Source: Solirubrobacteraceae bacterium
GTDB lineage: Bacteria; Actinomycetota; Thermoleophilia; Solirubrobacterales; Solirubrobacteraceae
NCBI GenBank assembly: GCA_036490875.1
Contig: DASXDA010000001.1
Coordinates: forward strand, 3,402-67,401
Length of the DNA stretch: 64,000 nucleotides
Reading direction: 5' to 3'
The position numbers and the translations under genes are program-made. This document shows, in pieces, positions 50,647-59,669 of this stretch. Every line of letters begins with the position of its first letter. Positions within the stretch are counted from its first letter, which is position 1. The notes under the pieces were generated by a model. The model was given only the letters and a program-made list of their open reading frames with translations, searched no databases and was not told where the DNA came from.

Positions 50647-52836
50647 ATGAGTCGACGCGAGCGTAAGCGCCAACGACGGGCCCACCGCGGCCATCCGGTC
50701 AGGAAGGTCGTGCTGATGACGATCCTGGTCGGGGTCTGCTCGCTGATTGCGGGCGCGCTTCTGGCCGTCGGCTGGGTCGTCGCGGTCGCCGACTCGGCTC
50801 CAAACCTCGCGCAGCTGAAAACCCACGATCCGCATCCGCCGTCGGCGGTTTACGCGGCCGACGGCGAGCTGCTCGGCTACATCCACTCCGACACGGTCTA
50901 CGCGGCCGTCTCGAGCAACCAGATCCCGAAGACGCTCAAGCAGGCGACGGTCGCGATCGAGGACCGGCGCTTCTACCAGCACGGCGCGCTCGACTACCAG
51001 GGCATCCTCCGCGCCGGGATCAGGGACGTGTTCGGAAGCGGCGGCTCGCTCCAGGGCGCGTCGACCCTGACGATGCAGCTGGTCGACAACAAGTTCCTCG
51101 ACGGAACCAAGTACTCGCGCCACCACGACCTCAAGTACAAGATCGTCCAGGCCAAGCTCGCCGAGCAGCTCGTCAAGAAGCACCCCGGCCGCGGCGGCAA
51201 AGACTGGATCCTCGACCAGTACCTGAACGTCGTTCCGTACGGCACCGTCGGCGGCCAGACGGCGATCGGGGTCGGCGCTGGCGCGGAGATGTTCTTCAAC
51301 AGGCCGGCGTCAAAGCTCGATCTCGCACAGGAGGCGCTGCTCGCGGGACTGCCGCAGTCGCCCTCGCAGTACAACCCGTTCCTGTACCCGAGCCGTGCGC
51401 GCACGCGCCGCAACCAGGTGCTGGAGGCGATGGTCGCCGCCCGCTACATCAGTCACGCCCAGGCGCACGCCGCCGAGCGCGAGCCGCTGCGCGTCAAAGC
51501 CGACGACGCCTACCACCTGCGCCGCCAGCCGTACGTGTTCGACTACGTCGAGCAGCAGCTGATCAGCAAGTTCGGTCTGAAGACCGTCACCAACGGCGGG
51601 CTGAAGATCTATACGACGATCGACATGAAGCGCCAGGCGGAGGCCCAGTCCGCGATCGACAGCCACGAGGGCGGCCCGGTGCTCGACAACCAGCCCGCGG
51701 CGGCGCTGACCTCGGTCGACCCGACCAACGGCCACATCGTCGCGATGGCGAACTCCTCGACGTACGACCAGACCAAATACAACTTCGCCGCCGACGCGCA
51801 GCGGCAGCCGGGCTCGTCGTTCAAGGTGTTCGCGCTGATGACGCTGATCAAGGACTACAACGGCGACCCCGACCAGACCTTCTACACGTCTAAGTTCCTG
51901 CCGGCCGGGTGGGAGCCGGCGGACCCAAGCTGGTCGGTGCACACCGCCGAGGAGACCTACCAGGGCACGATCAGCGTGACCAAGGCGACGACGGTCTCCG
52001 ACAACACCGTGTTCGCTCAGCTCGCCGCGGACATCGGCTGGGACAAGCTGGACGCGACCGCGCACGCGATGGGGATCAGCTCGCCGCTCGACGGCAACCC
52101 AGCGGAGGTGATCGGCGGTCTGACCCACGGGGTGACGACCAAGGAGATGGCTGACGCCTACGCGACCCTCGCCAACGGCGGCTCCCACGTTCCCGCGACG
52201 ATCCTCTCAAAGGTCGAGTTCCCTGACCGCAGCTCGATCAACCTCGGCGACCCGGCGAAGACCCACGTCTTCACCGACGGCCAGACGTACGCGGCGACGA
52301 GGGTGCTCCAGACCGTGATCCAGAGCGGCACCGGCACCGCAGCCGACTACGGGTGCCCCGCCGCCGGCAAGACCGGAACCGCCGAGAACATGGACAACGC
52401 GTGGTTCGTCGGCTACACGCCGCAGCTCTCGACCGCGGTCTGGGTCGGGTACCCGCAGAGCAACAACATCCCGATGGCCGGCGGCTTCGGCGGCGCGCTC
52501 GCGGCGCCGATCTGGCACGACTACATGTCGGCGGCCTCGGGCGGCTTCTGCGGAGACTTCCCGCAGCCGACGACCCCGTGGCACGGGACCGCCTACTTCG
52601 GCCCGCACTCGGCCACCGGCTCGCGTGGCGGCGGCTCGGGCAACAGCGGCAACAGCGGGAACAGCGGCAACAGCGGGAACACGGGGAACAGCGGGAACAC
52701 CGGCAACAGCGGGAACACCGGGAACACCGGCAGCAACTCGACGCTATTCGCGCACCCGACACAGCCGGCGACCGGCGGCGGCGCCCCGGGTCCAGGCGGT
52801 GGCCGCGGCAACGGCCATGGCGGCAATAGCCACTAA
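50647..52836 (+). CDS. Class A penicillin-binding protein (transglycosylase/transpeptidase)
   Basis: EDRRFYQH, GASTLTMQL, RQPGSSFK, SDN, KTG; low-complexity C-terminal tail. Confidence 0.93.
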   Translation: MSRRERKRQRRAHRGHPVRKVVLMTILVGVCSLIAGALLAVGWVVAVADSAPNLAQLKTHDPHPPSAVYAADGELLGYIHSDTVYAAVSSNQIPKTLKQATVAIEDRRFYQHGALDYQGILRAGIRDVFGSGGSLQGASTLTMQLVDNKFLDGTKYSRHHDLKYKIVQAKLAEQLVKKHPGRGGKDWILDQYLNVVPYGTVGGQTAIGVGAGAEMFFNRPASKLDLAQEALLAGLPQSPSQYNPFLYPSRARTRRNQVLEAMVAARYISHAQAHAAEREPLRVKADDAYHLRRQPYVFDYVEQQLISKFGLKTVTNGGLKIYTTIDMKRQAEAQSAIDSHEGGPVLDNQPAAALTSVDPTNGHIVAMANSSTYDQTKYNFAADAQRQPGSSFKVFALMTLIKDYNGDPDQTFYTSKFLPAGWEPADPSWSVHTAEETYQGTISVTKATTVSDNTVFAQLAADIGWDKLDATAHAMGISSPLDGNPAEVIGGLTHGVTTKEMADAYATLANGGSHVPATILSKVEFPDRSSINLGDPAKTHVFTDGQTYAATRVLQTVIQSGTGTAADYGCPAAGKTGTAENMDNAWFVGYTPQLSTAVWVGYPQSNNIPMAGGFGGALAAPIWHDYMSAASGGFCGDFPQPTTPWHGTAYFGPHSATGSRGGGSGNSGNSGNSGNSGNTGNSGNTGNSGNTGNTGSNSTLFAHPTQPATGGGAPGPGGGRGNGHGGNSH
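52639..52728 (+). repeat. Ten tandem 9-bp units encoding (G-N-S/T)x10
   Basis: GGC/GGG AAC AGC/ACC/ACG repeated in the PBP tail. Confidence 0.9.
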
Positions 52837-52848
52837 CCTGAAGTAGAC

Positions 52849-53070
52849 ATGGCTAAGGAAGAGAAGGTCGAGCTCGAGGGCGAAGTCGTCGAAGCCCTCC
52901 CGAACGCGATGTTCCGCGTGAAGCTCGACAACATGGATCGCACCGTGCTCGGGCACGTGGCGGGCAAGATGCGGCGCTTCCGGATCCGGATCCTCCCGGG
53001 CGATCGCGTTCGCGTCGAGCTCTCGCCGTACGACCTCGACCGCGCGCGGATCGTTTACCGCCACCGCTAG
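52849..53070 (+). CDS. infA: Translation initiation factor IF-1
   Basis: [17 protein letters not shown]...GKMR...[16 protein letters not shown]. Confidence 0.97.
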   Translation: MAKEEKVELEGEVVEALPNAMFRVKLDNMDRTVLGHVAGKMRRFRIRILPGDRVRVELSPYDLDRARIVYRHR

Positions 53071-53234
53071 CGGGCGCGTCCGTGAGTATTGGTGGACCGA
53101 GAGTGGTCGCTGAGGGCGGCTGGCAAGGACGCAGCGAGCGTGGCGTGCCTGTAGGCACGCAAGCGAGCGAGGACGCCGCCAGGCGCCCTCAGGGGCCGCT
53201 CGAATCCGCCGATACTTGCGGACGGGTCCGCTAG
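53067..53234. mobile_element. 168-bp palindromic MITE-like element bounded by CTAG
   Basis: CTAGCGGGCGCGTCCGTGAGTATTGGTGGA...TCCGCCGATACTTGCGGACGGGTCCGCTAG; inner arms CTGAGGGCG/CGCCCTCAG, apex GCGTGCCT-gt-AGGCACGC. Confidence 0.65.
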
Positions 53235-53255
53235 CGGCCCGCCGGACCTCCGACG

Positions 53256-54224
53256 GTGCGCGAGACCGAGCTGATCGACCAGCTCGAAGTGCTGCTGAAC
53301 GTCACCCGACCGCGGGTGCTCCGCGGCATCGGCGACGACGCGGCCATCGTCAGGGGGGCCGGGTACGCGGTGACGTCGATCGACACGATGGTCGACGGCG
53401 TCCACTTCCGGAGCGGGCAGCTGACCTCGGAGGAGATCGGGCACCGCGCGCTCGCCGGGGCGCTGTCCGATCTCGCCGCGATGGGCGCCGCGGCCGGCGA
53501 GGCTTACCTCTCGCTCGGCCTGCCGGACGGGACCGATACCGACGATGCGCTGTCCGTGGCCCGCGGTGCGGCCGCGCTCGCGGACGAGGCCGGGGTCGCG
53601 ATCGCCGGCGGCGACGTCACCCGTGCGCCGGCGCTGACGGTCACGTTCGCGGTCGTCGGCTGGGCTGCCGACCCCGGCGCGCTCATCGGCCGCGACGGCG
53701 CCCGCCCGGGCGACGTGGTCGCGGTCACCGGCGCGCTCGGCGGCGCCGGCGCAGGGCTCGCTCTGGTCGAGGGCCGCGCCGGCGCGAACGGCCTGACACC
53801 GGGCTCGGCAGACGCGCTGCGCGATCGCTACGCCCGCCCGCGACCACGCCTGCGCGAGGGCGTGGCGCTCGCGGCCGGAGGGGCGACCGCGATGATCGAC
53901 ATCTCGGACGGGCTCGCGACCGATGCCGGTCACCTCGCACGCCAGAGCGCTGTCCGGATCGAGCTGTCGCTCGAGTCGCTACCGCTCGGCGAGGGCGTGC
54001 GTCTCGTCGCGGACGAGCTCGGGGTCGATCCGCGCGTGCTCGCGGCGACCGCCGGCGACGATTACGAACTGTGCGTTTGCCTGCCGGCCGCCGCGGCGCC
54101 GGCTCAGGGCATCCCGTCCAGCCGCAGTGGCCTGAGCGTGATCGGGTCGGTGGTGGACGGCGCTCCGGGGATCGTGTTCATCGACGGTGACGAGCCCCTG
54201 TCGGGCTTCGAGCACTCGTTCTGA
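53256..54224 (+). CDS. thiL: Thiamine-monophosphate kinase
   Basis: [43 protein letters not shown]. Confidence 0.94.
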   Translation: MRETELIDQLEVLLNVTRPRVLRGIGDDAAIVRGAGYAVTSIDTMVDGVHFRSGQLTSEEIGHRALAGALSDLAAMGAAAGEAYLSLGLPDGTDTDDALSVARGAAALADEAGVAIAGGDVTRAPALTVTFAVVGWAADPGALIGRDGARPGDVVAVTGALGGAGAGLALVEGRAGANGLTPGSADALRDRYARPRPRLREGVALAAGGATAMIDISDGLATDAGHLARQSAVRIELSLESLPLGEGVRLVADELGVDPRVLAATAGDDYELCVCLPAAAAPAQGIPSSRSGLSVIGSVVDGAPGIVFIDGDEPLSGFEHSF

Positions 54225-54367
54225 GGCCGAGGCCACCGGCGACGGCTGGGCGCCGGATCCAGGTACCAGCGGAGCATCGCGTCCGCGACCGCGGGCGGGT
54301 CGACTCGGTACTCGCCGTCGTCGACCTGAGACTTCAGCGTATGCAGCTTGTAGCTATCCCCTGGCAT
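54104..54367 (-). CDS. Small FlgM-like anti-sigma-28 factor (C-terminal domain only)
   Basis: [32 protein letters not shown] resembles the FlgM motif; found at the end of shadow ORF 54104..56344. Confidence 0.6.
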   Translation of the reverse strand: MPGDSYKLHTLKSQVDDGEYRVDPPAVADAMLRWYLDPAPSRRRWPRPQNECSKPDRGSSPSMNTIPGAPSTTDPITLRPLRLDGMP

Positions 54368-54393
54368 CTTGAAATCGAGCTCCGGCCTGCTGA

Positions 54394-55164
54394 CTACCCC
54401 ATCATCGGCAGGACCCCAGCGATACTGGAGCGCTGAGCGCCCGGCGTAAACAAGGATGAGTGGAAGCTCGTCAGGCGGGCGAACACGACGATCCTCTGGG
54501 CGGCGCTGTAGAGGGGATTGCAGGCCGAGAGCACCAGCCGGTCGTAACCGACATTGCGGGTGATCCACCACGCGGACGGCGACACGATCCGGTGGTACTG
54601 GACGGTGTAGCGGAACCGCCCGTACGGCATCTGAAGCGTGATCTGGTCTCCGGGCTTGAGCGCGTCGATGTGCCGGAATGGAGCCAGGTAGGTAGTCCGG
54701 TGCCCCGCGATCGCGACCGTCCTGCGGAGCCCCGGGAGCGCGCTCGACGGGTAGTGGCCGGGTCCCTTCTCGAGGCTCCCGGAGTCCGTCCCCTGGACGA
54801 CCAGCAGGCTGAGGCCGATCCGCGGGATCTCGATCCGCCCGACGGCGTCGCCGGTCCCCACGTGCCGCTCCTCGCGCGTTGCAAGGAACGCGATCTGCGA
54901 GCGCTCGCTCCTCAGCGCCGCCACCGCCCGTCGTTCGGGCGAGGGAAGCGGCGCGGTGATGTAGCGCTGGTCGATCTGGGAGCGCTTGATCAGCGCCACA
55001 ACCGCCGTCACGGGCTCCTGCCAGAGCAGCGTCACCGCCGCGTCGGCGAGCAGCAGGACGCCCGTGATGATCAGCACCCACGACACGTCTCGGATCACCC
55101 GGCGGCCGCGGGTGCGACGGAGCCGGCCGCCGGTCAGAGGAGTGCTCGGAGCGCCCGATACCAC
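54394..55164 (-). CDS. Sortase (class E/D-like)
   Basis: N-terminal TM, IEIPRIG, GPGHYP, IAGHRTTY, LSACNP, QRIVV (His/Cys/Arg triad). Confidence 0.92.
   Translation of the reverse strand: MVSGAPSTPLTGGRLRRTRGRRVIRDVSWVLIITGVLLLADAAVTLLWQEPVTAVVALIKRSQIDQRYITAPLPSPERRAVAALRSERSQIAFLATREERHVGTGDAVGRIEIPRIGLSLLVVQGTDSGSLEKGPGHYPSSALPGLRRTVAIAGHRTTYLAPFRHIDALKPGDQITLQMPYGRFRYTVQYHRIVSPSAWWITRNVGYDRLVLSACNPLYSAAQRIVVFARLTSFHSSLFTPGAQRSSIAGVLPMMG
54402..54430 (-). promoter_or_regulatory. Sigma-28 (FliA/WhiG)-type promoter for the FlgM-like ORF
   Basis: Minus strand CTCCAG-N15-GCCGATGA, ending 35 bp upstream of ATG 54367, inside the sortase 3' end. Confidence 0.55.
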
Positions 55165-55173
55165 CTGGCGGGG

Positions 55174-56946
55174 CTACCTCCTGAGCGCCGACTCGGTCCC
55201 GCCGAGCGAGCCCGGGCCGGCGTAGGTGACCGGCCCGCGGATCGTGACCGGGGCGTCCTCGGGCCTCGGCGCGCGCGCGGCCTGGGTGACGATCACGATC
55301 ACGCTGAACGTGCAGCCGAGCACCAGGCTCCACAGCAGCGCGTAGACCACGCCAACGCCCCCGCCGGCGAGCAGCAGCACCAGGCTCCACGCTCCCTGCA
55401 CCGGTCCGAGCCCGAGCGTCGTCGCGTAGGTCAGTAGCACGAGCGCCGGGGCGGCGAGCCCGGCGAGCAGCATCACGGCGGTGAGCGGGGCGGGCAGCCG
55501 CACGTCGGGGACGACGATCCACAGCCACAGGTGCAGCGCGGGCACGAGCATCAGCGCCGCGAACGGGTTCGCGACCCAGATCGCGAGCGCCGCCAGGCAC
55601 AGGACGAGCATCACCGCCGAAGCCGCGCCCGCCCGGGACGCGCCCAATCCGGCGAGCTCGTCGCGACGCGGGCCAACCAGCCAGATCACGAATCGCCTCG
55701 CCCAGAGCAGCCCGGCGACGACAAGCACGGTCATCCCGGCCAGGGCCGCGATCTGGCCCGCGTGCAGCGAGATCGCGTCGCCGCCGAGCGGGAGCCCGGG
55801 AGCGACGATCAGACCGGTCGCGCGCGCGACCACGATCACGGCCACGAGCACCGCGAACGGGACCGCCGCGGCCAGCACCCATACGCACCAGCGGGTCAGC
55901 GCGTGACCCCTCCGGCGCGCTCTCGCGAGCCCGTCGATCGTCGTCAGCAGCACCGGAAGGATCAGCGTCAGCACCAGCAGCCGGATCGCCCAGACCGGGA
56001 TCGACTTGCCGCTGAACACCAGATAAGAGGAGGGAGCGGGCACCGTCGAGCCGGCGTCGAGCGCGGTGACTGACTCCAGCACCGTGCGTCCGAGCGTGGT
56101 TATCTGACCGACGCTGGTGGGCTCGTTCGCGGCGGGGGGTCGCTCGCCTGAAACGGAGAGGAGCACCGCGGGCTGCCCGTCCCCGCCGAACGGCGCCTGC
56201 TCGGACGAGCTCATCGGGAAGGACAGCCGCGCGAGCTGCCCACCGAGGCCGGTGCTCCCGGCTGACAGGCTCGACTGCGCGGACAACGCGGCGCCGAGTG
56301 TCTTGCGGAGCGTCGGCGGGGCGACCTTCTCGCCCGTCGACCACGGCACGACCGTCGGGCCGCGGACGTTCGTGCCGGCGAGATCGCCGAGCGCGATCAC
56401 CGCGTCAACCGGTCCCGGCAGCTTGTGCGCCAGCCGGGCCGCGCCGACGGCCCCTGCGGAGCCGGTGGTGGACGCCAGCACGACCGTGTGCTGCAGCGAC
56501 TCGCCCGACAGCACCCGGGCCATCTGCAGCAGCACCGCGGTGCCCGACAACTCCGCGGTGCTCGGGGACTGCAGCGAGTCGCGGTGGGCGACGATCACGA
56601 TGCTGCCGTTGCCCAGGCCCGCGCGCACGCCGACGACGTTCTCGAGCGTCCGCGTCCCGATCGCCGTCTTGCCGTTGAACACGTCCGTCGAGGTCTGGAA
56701 ACGGTTCGCCCGTAGCTGCGCGGCGACCTCCGACGCGAGCGCGTCGTCGCCGGACGATCCCGGTTGCCGGTTCGGGTACTGCTTCGCGAACCGCTGCATC
56801 GCCGCGTACGCGCTCGAACCGCTGTACGCGTCGGGCGCCAGGTTCGTCCCCATCGGCCCCTGCTGGTCGCTCAGCGAGAAAGCCAGCACGATCACGGCGA
56901 GCACGACCGGCAGCAACGCCATGCGGTAGATCCGCGGGTCGAGCAT
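55174..56946 (-). CDS. Membrane protein with degenerate M28 peptidase-like domain and about 7-8 C-terminal TMs (Gaa1/ERMP1-like architecture)
   Basis: N-terminal TM, ENVVGVRAG...IVIVAHRDS...SGTAVLLQMARVL, then polytopic region; ATG 56946. Confidence 0.7.
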   Translation of the reverse strand: MLDPRIYRMALLPVVLAVIVLAFSLSDQQGPMGTNLAPDAYSGSSAYAAMQRFAKQYPNRQPGSSGDDALASEVAAQLRANRFQTSTDVFNGKTAIGTRTLENVVGVRAGLGNGSIVIVAHRDSLQSPSTAELSGTAVLLQMARVLSGESLQHTVVLASTTGSAGAVGAARLAHKLPGPVDAVIALGDLAGTNVRGPTVVPWSTGEKVAPPTLRKTLGAALSAQSSLSAGSTGLGGQLARLSFPMSSSEQAPFGGDGQPAVLLSVSGERPPAANEPTSVGQITTLGRTVLESVTALDAGSTVPAPSSYLVFSGKSIPVWAIRLLVLTLILPVLLTTIDGLARARRRGHALTRWCVWVLAAAVPFAVLVAVIVVARATGLIVAPGLPLGGDAISLHAGQIAALAGMTVLVVAGLLWARRFVIWLVGPRRDELAGLGASRAGAASAVMLVLCLAALAIWVANPFAALMLVPALHLWLWIVVPDVRLPAPLTAVMLLAGLAAPALVLLTYATTLGLGPVQGAWSLVLLLAGGGVGVVYALLWSLVLGCTFSVIVIVTQAARAPRPEDAPVTIRGPVTYAGPGSLGGTESALRR

Positions 56947-57028
56947 CGTGCAGCAGGTTAGAGCGCCACGCGGGCGATTGGTGGTTCTCGGCGTGCGTAC
57001 GCGTACGCTTAGACGCGGAAGGACACCT

Positions 57029-57742
57029 GTGGCAGACCGTTCAGCGCGCATCCTGCTCGTGGACGATGAGCAGTCGATTCAGACGCTGCTGTCGTACCCG
57101 TTGCAGAAGGAGGGCTATGACGTCGTTCAGGCGACGGATGGTCGGCAGGCGCTTGAGCGCTTCGAGGAGCAGCCGTTCGACCTCGTCGTGCTCGATCTGA
57201 TGCTGCCGAAGCTCGACGGGCTCGAGGTCTGCCGCCTGCTGCGAAGCCGCAGCGCCGTGCCGATCATCATGCTGACCGCCAAGTCCGAGGAGATCGACAA
57301 GGTCGTCGGGCTCGAGCTCGGGGCCGACGACTACATCACCAAGCCCTTCTCGATGCGGGAGTTCTCGAGCCGGATCAAGGCGGCGCTTCGCCGCGCGGAG
57401 ATGAGCTACCAGAGCGAGTCCGGGGTCGAGGAGGCGCCGCTGCACGCCCACCAGCTGCGGATCGACTTCTCGAAGCGGTCGGTCCGGGTCCGCGGCGACG
57501 ACGCCGAGCTGACGTTCGTTGAGTTCGAGATCATCTCGGCGCTGGCGCGTGCCCCGGGAAGGGTGTTCACCCGCGACATGCTGCTGTCGCGGATCTGGGG
57601 CGACTCGGCATATCGCGACCCGCGCACGATCGACGTTCACATCAGGCATCTGCGCGAGAAGGTCGAGCGGGACCCGAAGGACCCCGAGTACCTGTTCACG
57701 GTGCGCGGCGTCGGCTACCGGTTCCGGGACACCGAGCCATAG
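57029..57742 (+). CDS. OmpR/PhoB family response regulator
   Basis: ILLVDDE, LDLMLP, GADDYITKPF, RTIDVHIRHLR, TVRGVGY. Confidence 0.95.
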   Translation: MADRSARILLVDDEQSIQTLLSYPLQKEGYDVVQATDGRQALERFEEQPFDLVVLDLMLPKLDGLEVCRLLRSRSAVPIIMLTAKSEEIDKVVGLELGADDYITKPFSMREFSSRIKAALRRAEMSYQSESGVEEAPLHAHQLRIDFSKRSVRVRGDDAELTFVEFEIISALARAPGRVFTRDMLLSRIWGDSAYRDPRTIDVHIRHLREKVERDPKDPEYLFTVRGVGYRFRDTEP

Positions 57743-57776
57743 GGCCCGGGGTCCGCCCGGTGAGCCGCGGCCGCAG

Positions 57777-59174
57777 ATGAGGAACTCGCTCCGAAACCGG
57801 CTGGCGTTCCTGTTCTTCGCGATCACGCTCGTCGCGATCGCCGCCCTCTACCTGTACGTCGCGCCCGGCCTTCGCTCCCGGCTCGTCAACGAGCGGCTGA
57901 CGCAGCTCGCGCACGCGGCCCGGCGGGACTCCTTCCAGATCGTTCCCGCGATCCGGCCCGGCAGCCGCGAGACGGTCGGCGCCGTGCAACAGAAGGTGGA
58001 CGCCGCCGGGCTCGCCTCGGGCGATCGGGTCACGCTGCTGCTCGTCACCCGGACCGCGAGCGGGATCCAGCTGTCGGTGCAGGCGGACTCGACCAAGCTC
58101 GGCACGGCCGCGGCGCTCCCGTGGAAGCCCGCGCTGCGAGCAGCTCAGACAGGTCAGCCGACCACCGGGACGGAGGGCTCTACCGCCGGCGCGGTCGCCG
58201 AGGCCGCGGTGCCAGTGATCAGCGACGGACGGGTGACCGACGTGATCGTCTACTCCTCGCCGGTCTCCGACATCGTCCACAGCGTCTCGATCGTCCGCCA
58301 GCAGATCCTGATCGCGGGCGGGATCGCGCTGCTGCTGGCGCTGGTCGGGGGCTATCTCGTGGCTCGGGCGCTGGCGCAGCGAGTCAAGCGTCTCGAGCTC
58401 GCGGCCGAGCAGGTCACCGCCGGCAACTTCGAGCGGCCGATCCCGGTCGACTCGAACGACGAGCTCGGCCAGCTGGCGGTCGCGTTCAACCAGATGCAGC
58501 GCCAGCTCGCGCAGCTCGAGTCGGCGCGCGAGAAGTTCATCGCAACCGCCTCGCACGAGCTGCGGACCCCGATCTTCTCGCTCGGCGGGTTCGTCGAGCT
58601 GCTCGAGGACGAGGATCTCGACGAGGAGACCCGCCGCCGCTTCCTCGAGCAGGTCAAGGATCAGGTCGAGCGGCTCCGGAAGCTGTCGGTCGACCTGCTC
58701 GACCTCTCGAAGCTCGAGTCCGGCTCGCTCGAGCTCCGTCCCGAGCACGTCGATCTCGGGGAGCTGACCCGCTCGGTGTCCGGCGAGTTCGAGCCGGCGC
58801 TCGCCCAGCACGATGCCCACCTCGAGCTGCGACTCGCGCGCGCGATCGACCTCCAGTGCGATCCCGTCCGGGTTGCGCAGATCATGCGGATCCTGATCGA
58901 CAACGCACTCACCCACACGGCCTCCGGCACCAGGATCGTGGTCACCGCCGGCCGCGACGACGGCCACGTCCGCCTCGCGGTCCGCGACGACGGCCAGGGC
59001 ATCGACCCCGGGGCGCTGGGACGGATCTTCGAGCCGTTCTACACCGGCGACGACGTCCAGGGCTCCGGCCTCGGCCTCGCGATCGCCTCCGAGCTCGCCG
59101 AGCGGATGGAGGGACGACTGCTCGTCACCTCGGGCCCGGGTCAGACGGTGTTCACGCTCGAGCTGCCGGTGTGA
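57777..59174 (+). CDS. HAMP-domain sensor histidine kinase
   Basis: 2 TMs, DELGQLA..FN, ASHELRTP, DNAL, DDGQG, GSGLGL. Confidence 0.95.
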   Translation: MRNSLRNRLAFLFFAITLVAIAALYLYVAPGLRSRLVNERLTQLAHAARRDSFQIVPAIRPGSRETVGAVQQKVDAAGLASGDRVTLLLVTRTASGIQLSVQADSTKLGTAAALPWKPALRAAQTGQPTTGTEGSTAGAVAEAAVPVISDGRVTDVIVYSSPVSDIVHSVSIVRQQILIAGGIALLLALVGGYLVARALAQRVKRLELAAEQVTAGNFERPIPVDSNDELGQLAVAFNQMQRQLAQLESAREKFIATASHELRTPIFSLGGFVELLEDEDLDEETRRRFLEQVKDQVERLRKLSVDLLDLSKLESGSLELRPEHVDLGELTRSVSGEFEPALAQHDAHLELRLARAIDLQCDPVRVAQIMRILIDNALTHTASGTRIVVTAGRDDGHVRLAVRDDGQGIDPGALGRIFEPFYTGDDVQGSGLGLAIASELAERMEGRLLVTSGPGQTVFTLELPV

Positions 59175-59181
59175 GGGCGGC

Positions 59182-59649
59182 TCAGACCTCGCCGTCGTAG
59201 TACTCGCGGTTGCCGTCCTCGCGACGCAACATCACGTTGTCGGCGCCACCGGGTACCCAGACACCGATCTTGTCGCCGTCGGGGTAGACCGCGACCGAAG
59301 GCTCGCGGCCGCTCGAGAACATCAGCACGAGGGCCGCCACATCGCCGCTGTTACCCACCTTGTGCGCGCCGTCCGGTCCGGGCGCGAAGCGGACGACGTC
59401 ACCGGGGCCGTGCGAGTGGACCCCGTCGGGCCGACGGACATCGACGGTCCCGTCCAGGACGACGAGCCACTCCTCCACATATTCATAGTGGTACGGGCAC
59501 ACGCTTTCGCCGGGTGGCACCTCCATCAGCTTGACCGCGAGCTCGTCCCCGCCCGCTGCCTGCCCCACCCGGGCGAGCCCCGCCCTGTAGCCCTTGGGGT
59601 CCTCCTGGTCGTACTCAAATTCACTGTCGAACACGTTCGCGTCGGCCAT
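59182..59649 (-). CDS. Cupin domain protein
   Basis: PYHYEYVEEWLVVLDG...PGDVVRF..G..GAH. Confidence 0.85.
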   Translation of the reverse strand: MADANVFDSEFEYDQEDPKGYRAGLARVGQAAGGDELAVKLMEVPPGESVCPYHYEYVEEWLVVLDGTVDVRRPDGVHSHGPGDVVRFAPGPDGAHKVGNSGDVAALVLMFSSGREPSVAVYPDGDKIGVWVPGGADNVMLRREDGNREYYDGEV

Positions 59650-59669
59650 TCCGACGATCATATGCGCCG

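Noticed and set aside
52639-52728. Tandem repeat as CRISPR array or N-glycosylation sequons
   Set aside because: 9-bp coding units without spacers; N-S-G and N-T-G are not N-x-S/T sequons
54368-56344. 746-aa minus-strand ORF
   Set aside because: Arg/Ala/Gly-rich off-frame shadow of the M28-like and sortase genes; only the last 87 codons look real
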